Source: Leidyana gryllorum EB-2025a (Eukaryota; Protista; Apicomplexa). From it: a DNA stretch of 64,000 bases. The DNA is taken from the NCBI GenBank assembly GCA_048772705.1, contig JBLWGC010000061.1:1-64000 (forward strand), given 5' to 3'. A program made the position numbers and the translations under genes. Shown here one piece after another: positions 56,076 through 64,000 of this stretch. Numbering within the stretch: position 1 is the first letter of the stretch; every line of letters begins with the position of its first letter. Below the pieces are notes generated by a model. It was not told the DNA's origin. It was given only the letters and a program-made list of their open reading frames with translations, and made no database searches.

Positions 56076-59000
56076 GTAGCATTCGGGGAGAGCGCAACTG
56101 CTTCAATGATTGAAATGAGGTTTCCGCCCGACTCGAACTCGCTTTACGCTGGACGCTGTACCAAGTCAATTGTACTGTCTGATGCACCGGCTGTTTGGTC
56201 TAGTGGTATGATTCTTCCTTCGGGCGGAAGAAGTCCTGAGTTCGATTCCCAGAACAGCCCGTCTGATAGTTGTTGACGCAACACGGCACTCCGGCCATTC
56301 GCCCAGACGCTATTGGGACTCGAACACAGAATCCCCGGTTCCTATGACCGAGGCCATATCCGTTAAGCCATAGCGCCGACTAACGGAGCCGTCAAATGGA
56401 AGTGTGTGGCGATCAAGACGACATGAGCAGCTACGCCCGATCGTGGGTTCGGACAAACTTCACCTACATCTCCCATTCGAGACATCGGGGACATACTATC
56501 GAAGCCAGGATTCGGGCCTGGGTATGCACGGCAACTTGCTGTTGTAACCACTAGACGACCCGGACAATCTTCAAGTGAGGCTGGTGGGTACCAAAGCCAC
56601 TTTAGATGTCAGGCTATCGAGTTTTGTGTCCTTGGTTGCCTGACGCCCTAGCTCAGTCGGTAGAGCGCAAGACTCTTAATCTTGCGGTCGCGGGTTCGAG
56701 CCCCGCAGGCGGTGTGGATCTTTTTCCCTGGAAGTAAGGAACTGTTGCCTACAAGCACATTCAGCAATATTTCCACTGCCGGGACTTGAACCCGGGTCAT
56801 GCGGGTGAGAGCCGCATATCCTAGCCACTTAGACTACAGTGGACAACTCCCTCAGCTGCAGCTTTAGCCGAGAGCCGTACCCTCTTGACAAGACGTGGTT
56901 GCAGAATCTTGCGGTAGAAAAAGGAGGATCTCTATACTAACCTCTGAACTATTGTAGCTGGGTCTTGTAGCTCAGTCGGCAGAGCGTGTGGCTGTTAACC
57001 ACAAAGTCGCAGGTTCGAAACCTGCCAGGACCGGATTCGGAGGCACCCTAGACAATGACTGCGCTGCTCTCGCAATGGCACTTGTGGTCTGCGACCCTTC
57101 AAAGATGTAAGGTTGGGTTTGGCTCCCGTCCCGTGCTGCCGTACGTACTTTGAACGACCTGGGCATCGATCGTAGTACCTCTCGCACACTAAGCGAGCGC
57201 TTCACCATTTGAGCTAGTCCCCCGCTGTGCAGTAGTGGTACTTCACATAGTATGACCACTCTCTCGAGTGTACCCAGCGGGTTGCACGACCGACAGGTGG
57301 CTGTTTGGTCTAGTGGTATGATCCTTCGTTACCGTGGAAGGAGTCCTGGGCTCGATTCCCAGAACAGCCCTCTTGGTTGTCGGTTGACCCGACGCTCCAC
57401 CTCCTTTCAATATGAAACGGCTCTCATCTGAAGCCTCAACTCGGGAAATAGTCCACTGTAGGCTGAGTGGTTAGGATATGCGGCTGTCACCCGCACGATC
57501 CGGGTTCAAGTCCCGGCAGTGGAAGTCATTGGACTGCTCGAGCAAAGTGCTCCAGTAATCCCCGTCAAAAGTGACTGATTCGTGATCTTCGGCTTGCATT
57601 GCCTTCTTAGCTTGGGGCAGAGCATTCGCTTAGTAAGCGAAAGGTCGCCGGTTCGATTGCGGCAGAAGGCTTTGCTCACGAGCTTAAGCTTTTCTGGCTG
57701 GTCTTTCAGTCTCGATAACGACCTGAGAGGGTTGCAAAATTTATCAGCTTCGAGTTTGGGTAAGACGAACCGTAGACTATTCGATGCAGGTAGTAGAGTC
57801 GGCTGCTCTGCCTGCGGGGTTACAGGCTGGCACACTCAGGCGCGACATTCGATTCCCGGTCTCGGAGCAGTTCCAGCCCTCACAACTGGTGCAACTCAGA
57901 TTTTGTCTCAGCTGGTCTGGACTTCATTCGGGATTGTACGAGTGGGAGCCGCGTATAGTAGCCGACCTTGGAGAGACGTGGCATTGAACCCAGGACTTCT
58001 TCCAGCCGAAGAAAGAATCATATAACTAGACCAAACAGCCCCCTGTGGGTGCCTCAGGTACTGGCAGGTTCTAAACCTGCGACTTCGTGGCTGAGAGACT
58101 TACCTCTGATGGCTGAGCTACGATTATTGGAGTTTGCGAGCAGCTTGCCGGTGCCCAGTCGATGCAGTCGAGCCTTCAGCCGGAATCGAACCGGCGACTT
58201 CTCGCTTACGAAGCGAACGCTCTGCCCCTAAACTAAGAAGGCAATGGAAGCCGGAGATGACGAAACAATCGCTATTGACGGAGATTAGTGGAGCACTTTG
58301 CTAGAGTAGTTCAATGACTTCCACTGCCGGGACTTGAACCCGGATCGTGCGGGTGAAAGCCGCATATCCTAGCCACTTAGACTACAGTGGACGAGTGGTT
58401 GAGTTGGGGCTTCGGCCGAGAGCCGTACCGTCTTGGAAAACATGGTATGTCGGCGTGATCAAGTGAGTGGATCTCTCATACAGATTCGGACTTAGTAACC
58501 AATTCCATTTGTATTGATCGTGGAATCTTGGGCCTTCCTCGGGTACGGGGCGAGCTTCCTTGCCGCCCCAACTCCGTCCGTAGAGCGCCAGACTTTTGAA
58601 GGGAGAACCGCGGCTTCCCGCCGCGCGAGCAGTCCTAGTCAAGCTTGCTGAACCGTATGTGAAGCCACAGGGCGCACCAGTTCCTCACTCGGGCAAGTTG
58701 GCAACTGTCGATTCCGTCATGTGGCGAGCAGTGGGCTCACATACGGCCACGATAAGTGCTTATTTTCACCGCCTTCCATGACTACCTACCGCCTCGGTAG
58801 CTGAGTTGGGAGAGCGCCAGACTGAAGATCTGGAAGTCCCGTGTTCGATCCACGACCGAGGCAGAGAGGTTGTGACATTTGGTGTCATTCCTCGCACCCA
58901 TCAGATACCTGTTTCCAGAGACACACGCCGCTTTCACAGTCCGGAAGCCCCGTGCAGCCATGGTCTAGTGCTTACGACGTCTGCTTAACACGCAGAAGTT

Positions 59001-59777
59001 CCCGAGTTCGATCGTCGGTGGCTGTAGATCGCAACTTTCAGCGAGAATCTCAAGCGAAACCAACTGTGCTCCGAGACCGGGAATCGAACCCGGGTCTTCC
59101 GCGTGACAGGCGGAAATACTAACCACTATACTACCTCGGACGCTCCGATCACGCCGGCCTCCAACCCCAAAGTTGGCCGAGTTGTCTAAGGCGCTCTGCT
59201 CAGACCGCAGTCCGAAAGGGCGAGGATCTGGTGTTGAGCCTTTCGAACCCCGGAGCAGTTGGACGGCCGGGGGTAGCTCAGTTGGTAGAGCACCTGACTG
59301 TAGTGCTGGCATGAGATAGTCGGCGGTTCGATTCCGCCCCACCGGAAGTAGAGGGGTCATCGGCAAACTACTACTCACACTGATGGACAGCGTTGATAGC
59401 AACTAGACTACTCCGGCGAGGCTTCCATCTATGTAGTTCGGATGGGCTGGGAATCCATCCCAGAACCTTTCGTATACTAAGCCACCGTTTCATCATCTGG
59501 GCTAGCCTCCTATGCCTACCTCATGGCATTGAGTGATACTTCACATAGTGATACGAGTCTCTCGACTGTACCGCCAGGCTTCGAAACTGCGACTTTGTGG
59601 TGAACAGCTACACGCTTTGCCGACTGAGCTACAAGACCCAGTTGCAATTTCTTCTAAGCGAGAAAAATCATACCTTCAGACCAAACAGCCTCCTGGTCGG
59701 CCTGCCCGGCTAGGGCACTCATAGGTGTCAAATGCTGGAGTACTCGGCGGTCGCGTTCGGCTGTCATTGGGTTGATT

Positions 59778-59851
59778 TGCTCCCCGGGGGGATCGAACCC
59801 TCGACCTTCGGCACATAAGGCCGATGCTCTAACCAGCTGAGCTAGGGGAGC
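59778..59851 (-). tRNA. trnI: tRNA-Ile(TAT)
   Basis: Duplicate of 3219-3292. Confidence 0.88.
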
Positions 59852-59941
59852 GATCACCGCCGTTCCACCGCGTAACTCACATTCAATTCTATCTCAGGCA
59901 ACGGAAGCCGTTTGCACGCTGAAACTCAGAAGGGAAGTAAC

Positions 59942-60025
59942 GCACAGATGCCCGAGTGGTCTAAGGGGCCAGACTCAAGTTCTGGTAGGCGCAAGTCTGC
60001 ATGGGTTCGAATCCCATTCTGTGCA
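59942..60025 (+). tRNA. trnL: tRNA-Leu(CAA)
   Basis: Duplicate of 3383-3466. Confidence 0.92.
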
Positions 60026-61083
60026 ACGGCGATCATTACCAAAAATAGGCTGGAAAAGGCCACAGTAGATTCGAGTCTCCATCCGTATATCCGGTTGCAT
60101 GCACCGAAGTATTCGGCTGTTGTTGTGGATCCTTCCTTGGGGTGGAAGGAGTCCTGGGTTCGATTCCCAGAACAGCCCTCTTGGTCGTCGGTTGACCCGA
60201 CGGGACAAGTTGCCCTCAGAACCAACACAGCATTTCATTAGCCCACTTCGGTAGGGCAGTCAGGGCAACTAACATCTGGAGAATTGCATTTCGGCTATTT
60301 CTTCCATGTTGCAGACTGAGCAATGTAGCTCAGTGAAAAGTGTTGAGCTCATAATCCAAAGGTCGTGTCGGGAATCGAATCCAGGTCGGGAGATTCAAAA
60401 TCTCCACAGCTGACCACTGTGCCGTAGGGGGGCAGGCTGAACAGGCGGCTGTCTGGTCTGGTGGTATGATTCTTCCTCGGGTGGAAGAACATTGTAATTG
60501 GGTCTTGTAGCTCAATCGGCAGAGCGTGTGGCTGTTAACCACAAAGTCGCAGGTTCGAAACCTGCCAGGACCGGGTGATGCGGCACCGTACTCTCTAGAC
60601 GGCACTTGTGCTCTTGGAACCCCTTTCCAAGGTCGTAGACTTAGCCGAAATGCGATTCTCTAGATGTTAGTTGCCCTGACTGCCCTACCGAGGTGGGCTA
60701 ACGAGGTGGCTGTGTTGGTTGTGAGGGCAACTTGTCCCGTCGGGTCAACCGACGACCAAGAGGGCTGTTCTGGGAATCGAACCCAGGACTCCTTCCACCC
60801 TAAGGAAGGATCATACCACTAGACCAAACAGCCGACTGATCGGTGGTGCAAATTGCTGGTAGAGTCGGGAGACTGGTCATAACATGTCAAGAACCACTAA
60901 ATGCTATGGGGTGTGCACAGCCGGCGACTAGCTCAAATTATGTAGCACTCGCGTAGCAGGCGAGAGATGCTGGGATCGATGCCCAGGTCGTCCAAACTCC
61001 ATGCAACTTTGGCTGCAGAGAAACGGCTGGCGGGTGGTCCAAAAACGTGAATGTTGTTATTTCAATCTAGTCGAAAAGCCGCC

Positions 61084-61156
61084 GCCTACGTGGCGCAATG
61101 GATAGCGCGTTGGACTTCTAATCCAAAGGTTGCGAGTTCGAGTCTCGCCGTAGGTA
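61084..61156 (+). tRNA. trnR: tRNA-Arg(TCT)
   Basis: Inverted duplicate of 53581-53653. Confidence 0.92.
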
Positions 61157-61543
61157 GCCAAATGCTCAGCACTTTACTTCGATGATTTGGCTGACTAGCT
61201 GCCTTCGCCGTGGAATGTTGCCCACTGTAGTCTGAGTGGCTAGGATATGCGGCCTCACCCGCAAGCTCCGCGCTCAAGTCCGGCAGTGGAAGTCAGTGGC
61301 TGAAGTCAGTGGAATACTTGAGCAAAGTGCCCAGCAATCTCCGTCAATAGTGTCTGATTCGTGATCTTCGCCTTGCATTGCCTTCTTAGCTTAGGGGCAG
61401 AGCATTCGCTTAGTAAGCGAGAGGTCGCCAGTTCGATTCCGGCAGAAGGCTCGACTGCATCGACTGGGCACCTGCAAGCGGTAAGTCTCTTAGCCACGAA
61501 GCCGCAGGTTTGGAACCTGCCAGTACCTGAGGCACCCACAGGG

Positions 61544-62735
61544 GGCTGTTTGGTCTAGTGGTATGATTCTTCGTTCGGGTGGAAGAAGTCCTGGGTTCGA
61601 CTCCCAGAACAGCCCGTCTGATAGTTGTTGACGCAACACGGCACTCGCCCCATCCCGAGACAATGTCCCTGACAGCTAAGACAGGATCTGAGTTGTTGAC
61701 TCAACAGGCTACAACCCGACCATTCACCCAGACGCTACTGGGACTCGAACCCAGAATCCCCGGTTCCGTAGACCGATGCCATATCCATTAGGCCATAGCG
61801 CCGACTAACGGAGCCGTCAAATGGAAGTGTGTAGCGATCCAGAGAGGACATGGGCAGCTACGCCCGATCGTGGGTTTGGACAGGCTTCATTTACATCTCC
61901 CATTCGAGACATCGGTGGACATACTATCCAAGCCAGGATTCGTGCCTGGGTATGCACGGCCACAACTTGCTGTTGTAAGCACTAGACGACCCGGACGATC
62001 TTCAAGTATGTCGGCGTGACCAAGTGAGTGGATCTCTGATACAAATTCGGACTTAGTAACCAATTCCATTTGTATTGATCGTGGAATCCTGTGCCTTCCT
62101 CGGGTACGGGGCGAGCTTCCTTGCCGCCCCAACTCCGTCGGTAGAGCGCAAGACTTTTGAAGGGAGAACCGCGGGTTCGGGCGGCGCGAGCAGTCCTAGC
62201 AAAGCTCGCTGAATCGTATGTGAAGCCACTGGCCGCAAAATGCCAAGTTCGACAGCGGCAACTTGCCCGAGTGGTTACGGGGGTAGACTAGAAATCTACT
62301 GGGCATGGCCCGCGCTGGTTCAGATCCAGCAGTTGTCGTGCGATGTGATTGGAGGGGTCAGACACCAACTCAAGCGTGAATCCCTGGAATGGTGGGAAAA
62401 CAATCATGTGTCTTCTGCATCTGCCGGGAATCGAGCCCGGGTCGTCTCGATGGCAACGAGACATTCTACCACTAGACCACAGATGCACAATATCTTATTG
62501 AGCTAGTCGCCTGCTGTGCAGACCTCATACCATTCCGCGGTTTTCGCCCCTCATCAGATACCTGTTTCCAGAGACACACGCCCCTTTCACAGTCCGAAAG
62601 CTCCGTGCAGCCATGGTCTACCGGTTACGACGTCTGCTTCACACGCAGAAGGTCGCGAGTTCGATCCTCGGTGGCTGTAGCTCGCAACTTTATCTGAGCA
62701 CCACGAAATCTGAAGCGGAAAAACGAACTGTGCTC
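61544..62735 (+). repeat. Direct duplication of 30433-31624
   Basis: Near-identical sequence; ORF track offset 31111. Confidence 0.9.
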
Positions 62736-64000
62736 GAGTGCCATTAGCGTCTGTCTCAGTTGTCTGGACTTCATGCGGGATTGTACGAGTGAGAGCCGCA
62801 TATCTTAGCCGACCTTGGAGAGACGTGATGTGAGTCAACAACTGTCAGACGGGCTGTTCTGGGAATCGAACCCAGGACTCCTTCCACTCTAAGGAAGGAC
62901 CATACTACTAGACCAAACAGCCGCCTCTCGGTCGTGCAAACCGCTGAGGACACTTGAGAAAGTGACACCAAATGTCACACCGTCTCTGCCTCGGCCGTGG
63001 ATCGAACACGGGACTTCCAGATCTTCAGTCTGGCGCTCTCCCAACCGAGCTACCGAGGCGGTAGGTAGCTACGGAAGGCGATGAAAATAAGCACTTACCG
63101 CGGCCGTATGTGGGGCCACTCCTCGCCGCATGGCGAAATCGACAGTAGCCAACTTGCCCGAGTGGGGAAGGGGGGTAGATTGGAATTCGTGCGTAAGTTG
63201 GTGTCTGACCCCTCCAATCACATCGCACGACAACTGCTGGATCTGCACCAGCGCGCCCAGTTGAATTCTGTGGTGGAAATGATGCTATTCCCAGCATCAA
63301 ACCCTCATATGGATCGAGACAGGGAGTGCCTTTTCAGCTTAGGGGCAGAGCATTCGCTTAGTAAGCGATGGGTCGCCGGTTTGATTTCGGCAGAAGGCTT
63401 TGCTCACGACCCGATAATTCTATAACTGTTTCCCTCCTGCGCACACTTAGCAGTGCGTCGTTTCGATCGACGGACCTTAGGGTTATGAGCCCAACACTCT
63501 TCCACTGAGCTACACTGCTCAGTCTACAACATGGAAAAGGGAGCCGAAATGCGATTCTTGAGATGTTAATGGCCTTGAGTGCCGAAGTGGGCTAACGAGG
63601 TGGCTGTGTTTTTGGAGCACAGTTGATTCCGCTTAAGATTGTCTCCTTTGGTTCTCGCTGAAAGTTGCGAGCTACAGCCACCGAGGATCGAACTCGGGAC
63701 CTTCTGCGTGTGAAGCAGACGTCATAACCACTGCTGCACGGCAGGTCCCGCAGACCAAAGCAAGTGGGGAGGTTTCACGAAGTAGTGAGGACTAGTTTCA
63801 AGGTCGCGCCGGGAATCGAACCCAGGTCGGGAGATTCAAAGTCTCCAGTGCTAACCACTACACCACGCAACCGATTTAGCCCTTCTCAAAGAGTTGATAG
63901 AGCCATCCGGACTAGAGCTTCCCCACACATGCAAAACGGGTTTTTCTACTAACCTCCAAAATATTCAACTGGCTCTTGTAGCGCAGTGGGCAAAGCGTGT
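62729..64000 (-). repeat. Inverted duplication of about 10553-11822
   Basis: Reverse-complement identity; ORF 11126..11470(-) matches 63081..63425(+). Confidence 0.9.

Larger units (their letters stand above)
56574..60998 (+). repeat. Direct segmental duplication, copy 2 of 1-4424
   Basis: Same tRNA order and spacers with a few private SNPs and indels; identity ends just after the 3' end of a tRNA-Ala pseudogene. Confidence 0.95.
1..64000. repeat. Mega-array of tRNA genes, pseudogenes and fragments built from reshuffled duplicated modules
   Basis: A-box/B-box cloverleaf sequences recur roughly every 100-200 bp on both strands across the whole window, with spacer sequences reused between copies. 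Confidence 0.97.

Noticed and set aside
1-64000. Short ORFs in the six-frame track (longest 213 aa at 29592-30233)
   Set aside because: They are translations of tRNA sense/antisense sequence; motifs such as GIEP, GSIP and GFEPT are the B box. No recognisable protein domain, and paralogous copies differ by frameshifts.
1-64000. CRISPR array or bacterial/phage tRNA island
   Set aside because: Repeats are 71-84 nt cloverleafs in mixed orientation with reused spacers; no cas genes; no encoded CCA; A34 anticodons, eukaryotic initiator tRNA and U6 indicate nuclear DNA.
1-64000. tRNA-derived SINE family
   Set aside because: No common body or poly-A tail, no per-copy target-site duplications, and all isotypes are involved; copies move as multi-gene blocks.

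Overview
This window is eukaryotic nuclear DNA made almost entirely of a dense, scrambled array of tRNA genes, tRNA pseudogenes and tRNA fragments on both strands. I counted about 30 tRNA-derived loci in the first 4.4 kb, which implies several hundred in the window. Eukaryotic origin is supported by absence of encoded 3'-CCA, A34 anticodons, an initiator tRNA with A1-U72 and a GATCG T-loop, an intron-containing tRNA-Tyr and a U6 snRNA. All 20 amino acids plus initiator Met are represented. The array is a patchwork of direct and inverted duplications whose junctions often fall inside tRNA genes; it also contains chimeric and anticodon-switched tRNAs. Non-tRNA elements are one U6 snRNA gene (12508-12613, minus) and a 602-bp solo LTR with a 5-bp target-site duplication (18054-18655). 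The most notable single loci are a near-intact tRNA-Trp body with a UCA (opal-reading) anticodon (21152-21223), a neighbouring tRNA-Cys with a 15-nt duplication mimicking a canonical intron, and tRNA-Tyr genes with a 7-nt intron. No protein-coding gene is supported. Only representative tRNA loci are listed, coordinates were counted by hand, and the organism cannot be identified from the sequence alone.
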